Shown: positions 17,547 through 27,521 of the stretch, one piece after another | How the letters are laid out: each line of letters begins with the position of its first letter | How positions within the stretch are numbered: position 1 is the stretch's first letter | From: Thermomicrobiales bacterium | Lineage (GTDB): Bacteria > Chloroflexota > Chloroflexia > Thermomicrobiales > JALYUS01 | Direction: 5' to 3' | Assembly (NCBI GenBank): GCA_038230615.1 | Contig: JBBRMX010000001.1 | Coordinates: 1-43,794 of the forward strand | Length of the DNA: 43,794 nt | The notes under the pieces: model-generated | What the model saw: only the letters and a program-made list of their open reading frames with translations | What the model was told of the DNA's origin: nothing | Database searches by the model: none | Translations under genes and position numbers: made by a program

Positions 17547-17583
17547 TTACTCTATTGAGAGATACAATGAAGGGATTGATGGC

Positions 17584-18990
17584 ATGACCGCATCACCACA
17601 ACATTCACAGCAGTATGACGCGATCATCATTGGATCGGGGCAGGCGGCAGGGCCGCTTGCGACCGCGCTTGCGGAGGCGAAGTGGAAGGTTGCACTGGTC
17701 GAGCGCGAACATGTCGGCGGCACGTGCATCAATGAGGGCTGCACACCGACGAAAACAATGATCGCCAGCGGGCGCGTTGCCTATCTCGCCCGCCGCGCCA
17801 CCGATTACGGTGTGCATACGGGCGCGGTGACGGTTGATATGGAGACAGTGCGGAAGCGGAAACGTGAGATTGTCGAAAGTTTCCGCTCCGGCAGCGAGAA
17901 GAGCATCACGCAGGCGGACGGGGTGGATTTGCTGATGGGCGAGGCGCGGTTCATTGGCGCGTCGTCCGTTGCGGTTGCGCTGCGGGATGGGGGCGACGCA
18001 TTGCTCACCGCCGGCACGATCTGCATCAATACGGGGGCGCGACCTGCCCCGCTCACGATTCCGGGCGCGGACACCGTGACGGTGCTGAACTCGACAACAA
18101 TCATGGAACTCGACCGCGTGCCGGAGCATCTCATCGTCATTGGTGGCGGCGTGATCGCGGCGGAGTTCGGGCAACTTTTCCGGCGACTCGGTAGCCGCGT
18201 GACTATTGTGCAGCGCGGCACGCAACTTCTCGCCCGCGAAGATATAGATGTCGCGGCGGCGATGCTCGACATTTTCCGCGAAGACGGTATCGAAGTCTTG
18301 CTCGATACGAATGCGGTGCGCGTGGCGGCGCAACCGGGCGGCGGGATCGCACTGACGGTCAAAACCCCGGACGGCGAACGCACACTGACCGGATCACACC
18401 TGCTGGCGGCGATGGGACGTACCCCGAACACCGACCGTCTCGGTCTGGATGCCGCTGGAGTGACACAGGACAAACGCGGTGCGATCCCGGTAGATGAACG
18501 GCTGCGGACGAATGTGCCGCACATCTACGCTCTCGGCGATGTGAACGGCGGCCCTGCGTATACCCATGTTTCGTATGATGATTTCCGCATCATGCGAACG
18601 AACCTGATTGAGAAGGGCGACGCGACGACGAAAGACCGGCTCATCCCCTCGATCACTTTTACTGATCCGCAACTCGGTCGGGTGGGGATGAGCGAAGCGG
18701 AGGCGCGGAAAGCGGGGCGCGAGATTCGCGTTGCGAAAATCCCGATGAATTACGTGGCGCGGGCATTGGAGACGGACGAACCACGCGGGCTGATGAAGGC
18801 GGTGGTGGATGCCCACACCGAGCAGATTCTCGGCGCGGCAGTGCTCGGCATCGAGGGGGGCGAGGTGATGTCCATGCTGCAAATCGCCATGCTCGGCAAA
18901 TTGCCATACACCGCCTTGCGAGACGGCATCTTCGCGCACCCTGCCCTCGCGGAATCGCTCAACACGCTCTTCTCGACCTTCGAAGAATGA
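17584..18990 (+). CDS. FAD-dependent pyridine nucleotide-disulfide oxidoreductase (class I flavoprotein disulfide reductase, mercuric-reductase/RclA-like core)
   Basis: IIIGSGQAAGP FAD motif. Redox disulfide GGTCINEGCTPTK. NAD motif VIGGGVIAAEFG. C-terminal HPALAE dyad. Start trimmed to ATG 17584; the track extension overlaps the GH57 gene. Confidence 0.88.
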   Translation: MTASPQHSQQYDAIIIGSGQAAGPLATALAEAKWKVALVEREHVGGTCINEGCTPTKTMIASGRVAYLARRATDYGVHTGAVTVDMETVRKRKREIVESFRSGSEKSITQADGVDLLMGEARFIGASSVAVALRDGGDALLTAGTICINTGARPAPLTIPGADTVTVLNSTTIMELDRVPEHLIVIGGGVIAAEFGQLFRRLGSRVTIVQRGTQLLAREDIDVAAAMLDIFREDGIEVLLDTNAVRVAAQPGGGIALTVKTPDGERTLTGSHLLAAMGRTPNTDRLGLDAAGVTQDKRGAIPVDERLRTNVPHIYALGDVNGGPAYTHVSYDDFRIMRTNLIEKGDATTKDRLIPSITFTDPQLGRVGMSEAEARKAGREIRVAKIPMNYVARALETDEPRGLMKAVVDAHTEQILGAAVLGIEGGEVMSMLQIAMLGKLPYTALRDGIFAHPALAESLNTLFSTFEE

Positions 18991-19012
18991 CTTGCCCCGT
19001 TGCAACGCGGCA

Positions 19013-19045
19013 AAGAAAGGGGGCGCAAGGTGCGCTCCCTTTCTT
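19013..19045. terminator. Bidirectional hairpin between convergent genes
   Basis: AAGAAAGGGGGCGC / GCGCTCCCTTTCTT forms a 14-bp stem including one G-T pair, with a 5-nt loop. T-rich sequence follows on the plus strand. Confidence 0.6.
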
Positions 19046-19087
19046 CTTATTGCTCTTCAGTTTTCAGTCCTGAATGTCGGCACTTCC

Positions 19088-20266
19088 CTAATAATATCCG
19101 CCCGTTGGCTTGTGGCCTTCGTAGACGGGGGTTTCGCCAAACAGGACGGTGCCGGGGCGCAGGTAGGGAATAAGGGCATCGTCGTTCACGTCTAGCCCGA
19201 TGCCGGGGCGGTCGTTCAGTTTGATCGCGCCGTTCTGGATAACTGGCTCGTCCCATGTGGCGAAATCGTTCCAGCCCTCGTAGTCAATCCAGTGCCATTC
19301 CATGATGAGGAAGTTCGGGATGCTGGCGCAGACATGCGCGGATGCCATTGTACCGAGCGGCCCGCAGACATTGTGCGGCGCAAACTGGATATAGTAGACC
19401 TCCGCCATGTTTGCGATCTTGCGGCATTCCGACAACCCGCCGCACTTGGGGATGTCGGGCATGATTGTGTCTACTGCCTGTTGTTCAATCATGTCGCGGA
19501 AACCCCAGCGCATGTAGAGGTTTTCGCCCGCGCAGATCGGCACGGGGGAATTGCGCTTGACTTCGCGCATGGCGGCGACATTCTCCGGCGGCACGGGTTC
19601 TTCGAGCCAGAGCAGGTTGAACGGCTCCATCGCCCGCGCCACACGAATACCGCTCGCGGTGTCGTATCGCCCGTGCATGTCAATCGCCACGTCCACACCC
19701 GGCCCGACCGCCTCGCGCACTGCCGCGACGCGGTCGGTCATCCACGTCACTTCTGGACCGGAGGCGTTCCAGTTCCAGCGGTCATTACGAAAACCCGCCT
19801 GTGTTTCGTCCACGTCGAATTTTAGTGCGTCGAAACCGAGCGCGACAACATCCTTCGCCCGCTGTGCATATGCGTCGGGCGAGAAGTCTTTGCCCGCATG
19901 GCTGTCGCAATAGAGGCGCACGGTGTCGCGGAATTTGCCGCCGAGCAACTGATAGACGGGCACACCGAGGATTTTTCCGGCGAGGTCCCACAGCGCGATC
20001 TCGATGCCCGTCATGGCAGTAACCGTCGCGCCCGCCATTGCGCCATCGAACAAGCGGGAGCGGCGCATCTTCTCGAAGAGCATATCAACATTGAGCGGGT
20101 TTTCGCCGATGATGTAATTTTTGAGGGCGTGCACCATCGCGGGGCAACCTTCGCCGCCGTGAATGCATTCGCCGTTGCCGATCACCCCTTCGTCAGTATA
20201 AATGCGAACATAGGTCGAGTAGCCGTGACCTTTAACCTCTGCGGTGCGTATGTCGGTAATTTTCAA
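19088..20266 (-). CDS. Enolase superfamily (mandelate racemase / galactonate-dehydratase-like) acid-sugar dehydratase candidate, copy 1
   Basis: Metal ligands at AIDMHG, WLEEP and AGENL. General-base region FAPHN. TTG start with GAAGGGAG upstream. Confidence 0.88.
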   Translation of the reverse strand: MKITDIRTAEVKGHGYSTYVRIYTDEGVIGNGECIHGGEGCPAMVHALKNYIIGENPLNVDMLFEKMRRSRLFDGAMAGATVTAMTGIEIALWDLAGKILGVPVYQLLGGKFRDTVRLYCDSHAGKDFSPDAYAQRAKDVVALGFDALKFDVDETQAGFRNDRWNWNASGPEVTWMTDRVAAVREAVGPGVDVAIDMHGRYDTASGIRVARAMEPFNLLWLEEPVPPENVAAMREVKRNSPVPICAGENLYMRWGFRDMIEQQAVDTIMPDIPKCGGLSECRKIANMAEVYYIQFAPHNVCGPLGTMASAHVCASIPNFLIMEWHWIDYEGWNDFATWDEPVIQNGAIKLNDRPGIGLDVNDDALIPYLRPGTVLFGETPVYEGHKPTGGYY

Positions 20267-20367
20267 CCCGTGCTCCCTTCAGTGGTCAGTGACGAGTAAT
20301 GAGTAACGAGTATCCGGTGACGCGCAACGACGGACGAGCGGCATGATACCGCATTATCGCCTGTGGG

Positions 20368-21180
20368 TTACTTCGCTGCGTTCACCCACGCGCTGTAGTC
20401 TGCTTCGATATCATCAGTCCAGACGGTGTCTATCTCGCCGGGAGTATACCGACCCTCAGTCAGGCGGAGACGGCTGAATGCATCGCGTGAGGCGATGTCT
20501 TCGCCTTTTTCCACTACCGCTTGCACAAGATGCGGCGGGATAAAGATCACGCCCGTGGGGGTGCCGAGAACGACATCGCCGGGAAGTACGCACACGCCGC
20601 CGATCCGCACAGGCAAGTTGATGCCCGCAAGGGTGACTTCCCAGATGAACGAGGGATGCACGCCCCGGCAGAAGATATTCACATTGTCGAACTCCCGGAT
20701 GCCTTGGTAATCGCGGATGGTCCCCTCGATCACGGCGGTCGCGCCGTGATTGCCAAGCGAAGTCGTGAGATTGTCGCCGACGAACGGCCCGCCCTCCACT
20801 TTGCCGAACATATCCACGACCATCACATCGCCGGAACGCAACAGATCAATGACCCACGAGTTCTGCCCGCCACGTGCGCCGCGCCCCTCTCCGACACCGG
20901 TTTCTTGCACAAGTTCGTCGTAGTCGGGACGTTTGGGGATGAACTGCGCCGTCACCGCCCGCCCGACAAGGATGTTGTCCGGGTGTGTAACGAACCAGTT
21001 GCCCTCGAACTGATGATGGTAGCCGTGTTCTCGCAGCACGCCCCACACCTGTTCGGTCGTGACCGCTTTCAGCCGCTCAAGCAAGTCGTCCGGCACATGG
21101 GGGCGTCCGTCTGGTAGGCGGTTGTAGGTGCTGAGGCGGGTCAGTTCACTGACAGTTTCGGGTGGGCAGACGATCTGCAT
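20368..21180 (-). CDS. RraA family protein (RraA / HMG-CHA aldolase / oxaloacetate decarboxylase fold), long form
   Basis: GDVMVVD...GGPFVGDNL...GAxAVIxGxIRD and PGDVVLGTPTGVIFIP match the RraA-like pattern. An extension of about 70 aa precedes the core. Confidence 0.8.
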   Translation of the reverse strand: MQIVCPPETVSELTRLSTYNRLPDGRPHVPDDLLERLKAVTTEQVWGVLREHGYHHQFEGNWFVTHPDNILVGRAVTAQFIPKRPDYDELVQETGVGEGRGARGGQNSWVIDLLRSGDVMVVDMFGKVEGGPFVGDNLTTSLGNHGATAVIEGTIRDYQGIREFDNVNIFCRGVHPSFIWEVTLAGINLPVRIGGVCVLPGDVVLGTPTGVIFIPPHLVQAVVEKGEDIASRDAFSRLRLTEGRYTPGEIDTVWTDDIEADYSAWVNAAK

Positions 21181-21200
21181 GATTCCTCCTTATGGGGTTG

Positions 21201-22343
21201 TTACGGGTGTTCCGCGTAGAATGTCGTTCCCGGCACCATGTAGCGGCGCAATATGTCGTCGTCCATCTCGACACCGATACCCGGTGCGTCGCTGAGGACA
21301 AGATGCCCGTTTTGAATGAGGGGCGTTGTGCCAGTCGTGAGGGCGTCCCACTCCGGGCGATCTACCCAATGCCATTCCATGATGAGGAAATTGGGGATCG
21401 TGGCGCAGACGTGCGCGGACGCCATCGTGCTGAGTGGGCCGCCGACATTGTGCGGCGCGAACTGCATGTAGTACGTCTCCGCGATATTGGCGATCTTCCG
21501 CGCTTCGCTCATGCCGCCGCACTTAGGGATGTCCGGCGAGACGATATCGGTCGCCTCGGTCTCGATGAGGTCGCGGAAACCCCAACGCGTGTAGAGATTT
21601 TCGCCTGTGCAGAGCGGCACCTTTGCGTTTGTCTTCACTTCGCGCATGGCGGCGACATTCTCCGGTGGCACCGGGTCTTCGAGCCAGAGTAGACCGAATG
21701 GCTCCATTGCCCGCGCCACGCGGATACCGCTTGCGGTATCGTACTTACCGTGCATGTCAATTGCGAGATCAATCTCCGGACCAATTGCCTCGCGCACCGC
21801 CGCAACCCGTTCTACCATCCACGCGACTTCACGCGGCGAGGCGTTCCAGTTCCAGCGATTCGCGCGGTGTCCGGCGTCCGTCTCGTCCACGTCGAATTTG
21901 ATTGCGTCGAAACCGAGCGCGACGACCTCCTTCGCCCGCTCCGCGTATGATTCCGGCGCGAAGTCCCGTCCGGCGTGGCTGTCGCAGTAGAGGCGGATGC
22001 GGTCGCGGAATGCGCCGCCGAGCAACTGGTAGGCAGGCACGCCGAGGGCTTTGCCCGCGAGATCCCATAACGCGATTTCGATGCCGGAGAGTACCGAGAC
22101 GGTGATGCCCGCCATCGCGCCGTCAAAGATGCGGGCGCGGCGGAGTTTCTCCCAGAGCATATCCACATTGCGCGGGTCTTCACCGATCAGGAGCGGGGCA
22201 AGATCGTGCGCGACCGCCGCGTATCCCTTGCCGCCGTGGACACATTCGCCGTTACCGACGATGCCCGCATCGGTTTCGAGCCGGATATAGAGCGAGTGAA
22301 TGAAGTGTTTCGTTTCCGCCGTCCGCAACCCGGTGATTTTCAC
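21201..22343 (-). CDS. Enolase superfamily dehydratase candidate, copy 2 (paralog of 19088..20266)
   Basis: Same ligand motifs: AIDMHG, WLEDP, TGENL, FAPHN. By eye, about two thirds to three quarters of residues are identical to copy 1. Start set at GTG 22343 (VKITGLRTAE, aligning with MKITDIRTAE of copy 1, with AAAGGG upstream). ATG 22373 is an alternative. Confidence 0.85.
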   Translation of the reverse strand: MKITGLRTAETKHFIHSLYIRLETDAGIVGNGECVHGGKGYAAVAHDLAPLLIGEDPRNVDMLWEKLRRARIFDGAMAGITVSVLSGIEIALWDLAGKALGVPAYQLLGGAFRDRIRLYCDSHAGRDFAPESYAERAKEVVALGFDAIKFDVDETDAGHRANRWNWNASPREVAWMVERVAAVREAIGPEIDLAIDMHGKYDTASGIRVARAMEPFGLLWLEDPVPPENVAAMREVKTNAKVPLCTGENLYTRWGFRDLIETEATDIVSPDIPKCGGMSEARKIANIAETYYMQFAPHNVGGPLSTMASAHVCATIPNFLIMEWHWVDRPEWDALTTGTTPLIQNGHLVLSDAPGIGVEMDDDILRRYMVPGTTFYAEHP

Positions 22344-22492
22344 ACGCCGCCCTTTCTGATGTGCTTCCCTCATTCGTGCAGGCGAAAAAGACGGCGATGT
22401 ATGGGCAGGAAGCGACCGTACTCCCACGGAAAACGGGTCAGGCAAGGTAGAAGCAAATCATGCGCGTTCGTGCGCGTCCCGTCAATGCGTCA

Positions 22493-23062
22493 TTAAGGTA
22501 CGGTGAAGAGCGTGCGGGCATCGTGTGTGAAGTGGTCGGGGTCGAACGCCGCCCAATCGGTCGTATCCACGACGAGGGTATGCGCGGGTGGGCAGATCGG
22601 TTGCCAGATGCCCGCTGCGAGACGGTCGCGGAGTTCGCCCTCTTGCACATCTTCGGCGTGGCCGGGGTGCCGTTCGCCCGCGTGCCAGCGTGCCATGAAT
22701 CGTGCGACGATCACGGCAGGATCGGCGGTGCAGAAGATTTCGCGCACATCGCAGCCATAGTGCTTCGTGAGGGCGGCGAACTTCGGGGCATCGTAGTCGC
22801 GGTGGAAATTGCATTCCGCCCCTACCGATTGCCCTGCCGTCAGTTGTTGTTCGATCCACTGGAACAACAGCGTGACGCTCGCCAGACCCAGTTTCTGCGA
22901 CCATGCCCGGTCACTCCACCCGACGGTGTCGAACAGTGTCTCTTTGATTGCATCCTTCGACAACATCGGTAGCCCCAACGCCCGCCCGACTATCGCGGCA
23001 AGCGTCGTCTTCCCGGTACATGGCGGTCCGCTGATGATGAGCAGGCTCGGTGACACGTCCAT
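22493..23062 (-). CDS. P-loop NTPase / kinase (AAA_33-like)
   Basis: Walker A ISGPPCTGKTTLA lies within the first 20 residues. No other recognisable domain. Start is ambiguous: ATG 23062, or GTG 23056 which has better spacing from GGAGGAG. Confidence 0.65.
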   Translation of the reverse strand: MDVSPSLLIISGPPCTGKTTLAAIVGRALGLPMLSKDAIKETLFDTVGWSDRAWSQKLGLASVTLLFQWIEQQLTAGQSVGAECNFHRDYDAPKFAALTKHYGCDVREIFCTADPAVIVARFMARWHAGERHPGHAEDVQEGELRDRLAAGIWQPICPPAHTLVVDTTDWAAFDPDHFTHDARTLFTVP

Positions 23063-23126
23063 CTCCTCCAAACTCCAGATCGTGCGCCGCCACATACCAC
23101 GAACATATGTATCTTGGCTTTGGCGG

Positions 23127-24338
23127 CTACTCTTTCGTCTGCTCGCGTGTCAGGGCGTTGCGGGCGGTGAGGACACGGGCGGCGGCTTCGGCGGGGGTCG
23201 TGGCGAGCGCGGTGAGATGCCCCATCTTCCTGCCGGGGCGGGCATCGCGTTTGCCGTAGAGATGCAACTGCACATCCGGGAGGGCGAGAGCCGCTGCCCA
23301 GTCGGGTTCGCCGCCCTGCCAGCGATCACCAAGCAGGTTCGCCATTGCTGCGGGGCGCAGGAAATGTGTGGTGCCGAGTGGCAGCCCGCAGACTGCCCGC
23401 AGTTGCTGCGCGAACTGGCTCGTCGCGGCAGCCTCGATGGTCAGATGCCCGCTGTTGTGCGGGCGCGGCGCGATCTCATTGACGACGAGTGCATCGTCGT
23501 CACGCACGAAGAACTCGACGCACGCCGTACCGACGATTTCCAAGCCCGTAAATACCCCGTGTGCGATCTCGACTGCCTCTGCAATGAGATGAGGCGGCAA
23601 ACCGGAGGGAGCGACAGAGAGATCAAGGATGCCGTTTTGGTGCGTGTTCTCGATCACGCCATAGTGCATGAATGCCCCGTCTACACCTCGCGCCGCGACG
23701 ACCGACACTTCCCGCACGAACGGCACGACGGCTTCGAGAATCGCTTCCGGCAACTCCGCCGCATCGGGTGGTGCGCCGACAGTCTGCGTGCGGGTGCGCG
23801 ATGGTTGCGCCCCGCCGAGTGTGGCATAGGCGGCATCCGCATCATCGAGCGACCCGATTCGCACCTGCCCTTTGCCGTCGTACCCGTAGCCGGCGGTCTT
23901 GAGAATGGCGGGTGTGCCGAGTGCCGCGAGTGCCGCGTGCAGTTCGGGCAGCGAACGGACGGCGCGGAATGGCGTCACAGGAAAGCCGCCATCGCGCAGA
24001 AACGTCTTCTCGCGCAGGCGATGCTGCGTGATGTGCAGCGCGCGTGCGCCCGGTCGCACCGGCACGATCTCTGTCATCGCGTTTACAGTGGCGGTGGGGA
24101 TATTCTCAAACTCAAATGTCACGACATCTACCGAACGAGCGAAGGCGCGGACGCGGTCGAGATCGTCGTATAACGCGACGATCTCGCGGTCTGCAACCTG
24201 TCCGGTTGGGCTGTCGGTGTCCGGCGAGTAGGTGGCGATGCGGTAGCCCATCTGTCGTGCGGCGAGGGCAAACATCCTGCCGAGCTGCCCGCTACCGAGT
24301 ACGCCAATCGTCGCGCCGGGGAGAATCGGTGCGCTCAC
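23127..24338 (-). CDS. purK: N5-carboxyaminoimidazole ribonucleotide synthase
   Basis: [22 protein letters not shown] and an ATP-grasp body. The GTG start overlaps the purE TGA stop (GTGA at 24338..24335). The track ORF is over-extended by 116 codons. Confidence 0.92.
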   Translation of the reverse strand: MSAPILPGATIGVLGSGQLGRMFALAARQMGYRIATYSPDTDSPTGQVADREIVALYDDLDRVRAFARSVDVVTFEFENIPTATVNAMTEIVPVRPGARALHITQHRLREKTFLRDGGFPVTPFRAVRSLPELHAALAALGTPAILKTAGYGYDGKGQVRIGSLDDADAAYATLGGAQPSRTRTQTVGAPPDAAELPEAILEAVVPFVREVSVVAARGVDGAFMHYGVIENTHQNGILDLSVAPSGLPPHLIAEAVEIAHGVFTGLEIVGTACVEFFVRDDDALVVNEIAPRPHNSGHLTIEAAATSQFAQQLRAVCGLPLGTTHFLRPAAMANLLGDRWQGGEPDWAAALALPDVQLHLYGKRDARPGRKMGHLTALATTPAEAAARVLTARNALTREQTKE

Positions 24339-24856
24339 GGCAGCGTCGCTTCGTGGACACGTTTCGCTTGGGTATAGCGGAACGCCCGCAATTGCTCCCG
24401 CAGGGCGGGGCGCGTGGTGGCGAGAATGGCGACGGCGAGTAGCGCGGCATTGATCGCCCCCGCCCGCCCGATGGCGAGCGTCCCAACTGGCACGCCCCCC
24501 GGCATCTGCGCGATAGATAGCAGCGAGTCCAGCCCCTTCAGTGCGTGGCTCTCGACCGGCACGCCGAGCACGGGCAGCAGGGTGTACGCCGCGACCATCC
24601 CCGGTAGGTGCGCCGCGCCGCCTGCCCCCGCGATGATGACCTGCAACCCGCGGCCCTCCGCCTCGCGTGCGTATTCCGCCATCCATTCAGGTGTGCGGTG
24701 TGCCGAGACGACGCGGCATTCGTGCGGCACCTCGAATTCATCGAGCATCTCGTGCGCGTGGCGCATCGTTTCGTCCCAGTCCGATGTGCTGCCCATAATG
24801 ACACCGACGAGCGGTGCGAGGCGCGGCGGTACAGGGGGCGGGATGTGCGTGTCCAA
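24335..24856 (-). CDS. purE: N5-carboxyaminoimidazole ribonucleotide mutase
   Basis: [19 protein letters not shown] and [10 protein letters not shown] motifs. TTG start at 24856, with AGGAG 5 nt upstream and just after the sua5 TAG stop. Confidence 0.92.
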   Translation of the reverse strand: MDTHIPPPVPPRLAPLVGVIMGSTSDWDETMRHAHEMLDEFEVPHECRVVSAHRTPEWMAEYAREAEGRGLQVIIAGAGGAAHLPGMVAAYTLLPVLGVPVESHALKGLDSLLSIAQMPGGVPVGTLAIGRAGAINAALLAVAILATTRPALREQLRAFRYTQAKRVHEATLP

Positions 24857-24864
24857 GTGCGCTC

Positions 24865-25929
24865 CTATCGTTCGTTCGGTTTGGTGGCGGCGCGGCGCAG
24901 GCGGTCGCGCACGGCGAGCCATTCATCGCCCGTCGGCACTGCTTCCACAAGAATACGCGACGACTGCGAACGGTCGAGCACGCGCAACCGTTCGTAGAGC
25001 CGACGCGCATAATATGCCGCATCAGGTGGCGAACCGCTCCAGCGGAGACGTTGCTGCGCCTGCGGTACGCCGTCGGTGAGGGCGGAAGGCTCGACTGTGT
25101 GGAGTAATGCCGCAACCGACAGCCCCTGCCGTTGCAATCTAATCGCCCGCGCCGCGATCTCTCCCGACGGCACAATTTCCAGTGGTGTTGCGGGCGCGTA
25201 GTGGCTCCTGAGCGTTCCCGGTGCGCGGGGCGATGCGGCACCCGGCGCGGCGAGGGACGCACCGAGTATCGCCGCGAGTTGGGCGGGAGTGATCCCGCCG
25301 GGGCGCAATAGCGTCGGGCGATCGCCGGTCATGTCCACGATAGTAGATTCGACGCCGATATCGGGTGGGTCACCGTCCAGCACAACCGGCACGGTGGCGG
25401 TATCGAACTCGGCGCGGACATGGGCGGCGCGGGTCGGGCTGATGTGTCCGAAGCGGTTCGCGCTCGGTGCGGCGACCCCGCCGCCGAATGCCCGCAACAA
25501 CTGTTGCGCCACCGGATGACGCGGCACTCGCACCCCGACCGAATCCTGCCCGCCCGTCACAAGATCGGACACATGCGCGGCACGCGGCAGAATTAGCGTC
25601 AACGGTCCCGGCCAGAAGGCATCCGCGAGTTGTAGGGCAGCGCGGGGAATCTCCCGCGCCCACTCCGGCAATTGCACGATGTCCGCCATATGAACGATCA
25701 CCGGATGATCGGCGGGGCGACCCTTTGCGGCGAACAGACGGCGCAGGGCGTCCGGGTTCGTCGCGTCCGCGCCGAGACCGTAGACCGTTTCGGTCGGGAA
25801 GCCAACCAACCCGCCCGCCCGCAGCATCGCTACCGCTGCTTCGATTTCTGCATCTGTCGCCACTCGTTGCCCGCCTTTGTTCCCGCCCACGACGGGAGGG
25901 AAATTGTCCACGACTGCGACAGTATACAT
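24865..25929 (-). CDS. sua5: L-threonylcarbamoyladenylate synthase, long Sua5/YwlC type
   Basis: [25 protein letters not shown] and [10 protein letters not shown] form the YrdC domain. A C-terminal Sua5 domain carries RSHYAP. Start ATG 25929; a downstream GTG (VATDAEIE) is possible. Confidence 0.88.
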   Translation of the reverse strand: MYTVAVVDNFPPVVGGNKGGQRVATDAEIEAAVAMLRAGGLVGFPTETVYGLGADATNPDALRRLFAAKGRPADHPVIVHMADIVQLPEWAREIPRAALQLADAFWPGPLTLILPRAAHVSDLVTGGQDSVGVRVPRHPVAQQLLRAFGGGVAAPSANRFGHISPTRAAHVRAEFDTATVPVVLDGDPPDIGVESTIVDMTGDRPTLLRPGGITPAQLAAILGASLAAPGAASPRAPGTLRSHYAPATPLEIVPSGEIAARAIRLQRQGLSVAALLHTVEPSALTDGVPQAQQRLRWSGSPPDAAYYARRLYERLRVLDRSQSSRILVEAVPTGDEWLAVRDRLRRAATKPNER

Positions 25930-26003
25930 CGAACATCCGGGCGTCCCCGCCGTATACTCATTACCACGAACAACGACGCGATAGCCGGAAGGGAGCAACA
26001 GAC

Positions 26004-27500
26004 GTGGCACGGTATATTCTCGCGCTCGATCAAGGGACGACGAGTTCGCGGGCGATCGTTTTCGATCATGCGGGGCAGATCGTGGCGGCGCGGCAGCAGG
26101 AGTTCCCGCAATACTACCCGCAGCCGGGGTGGGTGGAGCATGACCCCGAAACACTCTGGCAGTCGCAACTCGCGGTCGCGCAGGAAGTCTTTACGGCGGC
26201 AGGCGTCACGGCGGCAGACATTGCGGCAATCGGTATTACGAACCAGCGCGAGACAACGCTGCTGTGGGACCGTGCGACGGGGGAACCCGTGGCGAATGCG
26301 ATCGTCTGGCAGGATCGCCGCACCGCGCATCTGTGCGAATTGCTCACGGCAGCCGGATGGGCAGAGCGCATCCGCGCCAAGACAGGGCTGGTGGTTGATG
26401 CCTATTTTTCTGGCACGAAACTTCGCTGGCTGCTCGATCATGTCCCCGGTGCACGAGAGCGGGCGGAGCGTGGCGAACTCGCGTTCGGTACCGTGGACAG
26501 TTTCCTCATCTGGCGGCTGACGGGCGGCACGCGCCACGTCACCGACGTAAGCAACGCCGGCCGCACGATGCTGTTCAACATCCATTCTGGCACATGGGAC
26601 GATGAGATTCTGGCAGAGTTGCATATCCCGCACAGCGTCCTGCCGGAGGTGCTGCCGTCCAGCGGCGATTTCGGGGCGACCGATGCCGTGCTGTTTGGCA
26701 CGCCGATCCCAATAGCGGGCGTTGCGGGGGATCAGCAGGCGGCGACCTTCGGGCAGGCATGTTTTACCTCCGGCAGCGTCAAAAACACCTATGGTACCGG
26801 GTGTTTCATGCTCATGAATACCGGCGCGGAGGCAAAAACATCGCACAATGGGCTGCTCACTACCATCGCGTGGGGCGGCGTGGGCGATGCCACGACCTAC
26901 GCGCTCGAAGGGAGCATTTTCATCGCGGGAGCGGCAGTGCAGTGGCTACGCGACGAACTGCGAATCATCGAGGCAGCGCCCGATACCGAAGCCCTCGCAC
27001 AGTCGGTGCCGGACACCGGCGGCGTCTATCTCGTCCCGGCATTCGCGGGGCTTGGTGCGCCGTATTGGGACCCATATGCGCGTGGCACGCTCGTCGGATT
27101 GACGCGGGGCAGCGGGCGGGCGCAGATCGTGCGGGCAACTCTCGAAGCGGTCGCCTATCAGACGCGGGATGTGCTCGACGTGATGCAGCGCGAGAGCGGT
27201 ATCGCCGTGCCACGCCTGCGTGTGGACGGCGGCATGGTGGCGAACGATTTTCTGATGCAGTTTCAGGCGGATATTCTCGGCGTACCGGTCGAACGCCCCT
27301 GCGTGACCGAAACGACTGCGCTCGGCGCGGCGTATCTTGCGGGGCTTGCCGTCGGACACTGGCAGGATACCGACGAGATCATCGCCAACCGTGCGGTGGA
27401 TCGTGTGTTCGATCCTCGAATGTCTGCCGATGCGCGCGATCACCTCTATGCGGGCTGGCAACGGGCCGTCGAACGCTCCCGCCGCTGGGCGGAAGCATAG
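26004..27500 (+). CDS. glpK: Glycerol kinase
   Basis: [24 protein letters not shown] and ITNQRETT motifs; about 498 aa. GTG 26004, with GGAAGGGAG 8 nt upstream. The track ORF is over-extended by 179 codons into the divergent gene. Confidence 0.95.
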   Translation: MARYILALDQGTTSSRAIVFDHAGQIVAARQQEFPQYYPQPGWVEHDPETLWQSQLAVAQEVFTAAGVTAADIAAIGITNQRETTLLWDRATGEPVANAIVWQDRRTAHLCELLTAAGWAERIRAKTGLVVDAYFSGTKLRWLLDHVPGARERAERGELAFGTVDSFLIWRLTGGTRHVTDVSNAGRTMLFNIHSGTWDDEILAELHIPHSVLPEVLPSSGDFGATDAVLFGTPIPIAGVAGDQQAATFGQACFTSGSVKNTYGTGCFMLMNTGAEAKTSHNGLLTTIAWGGVGDATTYALEGSIFIAGAAVQWLRDELRIIEAAPDTEALAQSVPDTGGVYLVPAFAGLGAPYWDPYARGTLVGLTRGSGRAQIVRATLEAVAYQTRDVLDVMQRESGIAVPRLRVDGGMVANDFLMQFQADILGVPVERPCVTETTALGAAYLAGLAVGHWQDTDEIIANRAVDRVFDPRMSADARDHLYAGWQRAVERSRRWAEA

Positions 27501-27521
27501 GGGAAATGTGCGTCGTGGTGG

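Noticed and set aside
22344-22492. Intergenic stretches checked for tRNA or small RNA genes (also 12183..12304, 9359..9483 and 34816..35018)
   Set aside because: None has a T-loop (GGTTCGAnTCC-like) or cloverleaf-compatible pairing. The 12.2-kb spacer contains only a terminator-like hairpin (ACGAAACG.GACGCC / GGCGTC.CGTTTCGT).
22809-24173. 454-aa ORF on the plus strand
   Set aside because: It is entirely antisense to purK and the P-loop kinase gene, both of which have clear family motifs. Its product is Arg/Gly/Ala-rich with no motifs. This is a typical high-GC shadow ORF.
25467-26003. 5' extension of glpK (179 codons), and similarly 17215..17583 and 31701..31892
   Set aside because: The extensions overlap upstream or divergent genes and are Arg/Pro-rich. 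The family N-termini with Shine-Dalgarno motifs begin at 26004, 17584 and 31893.
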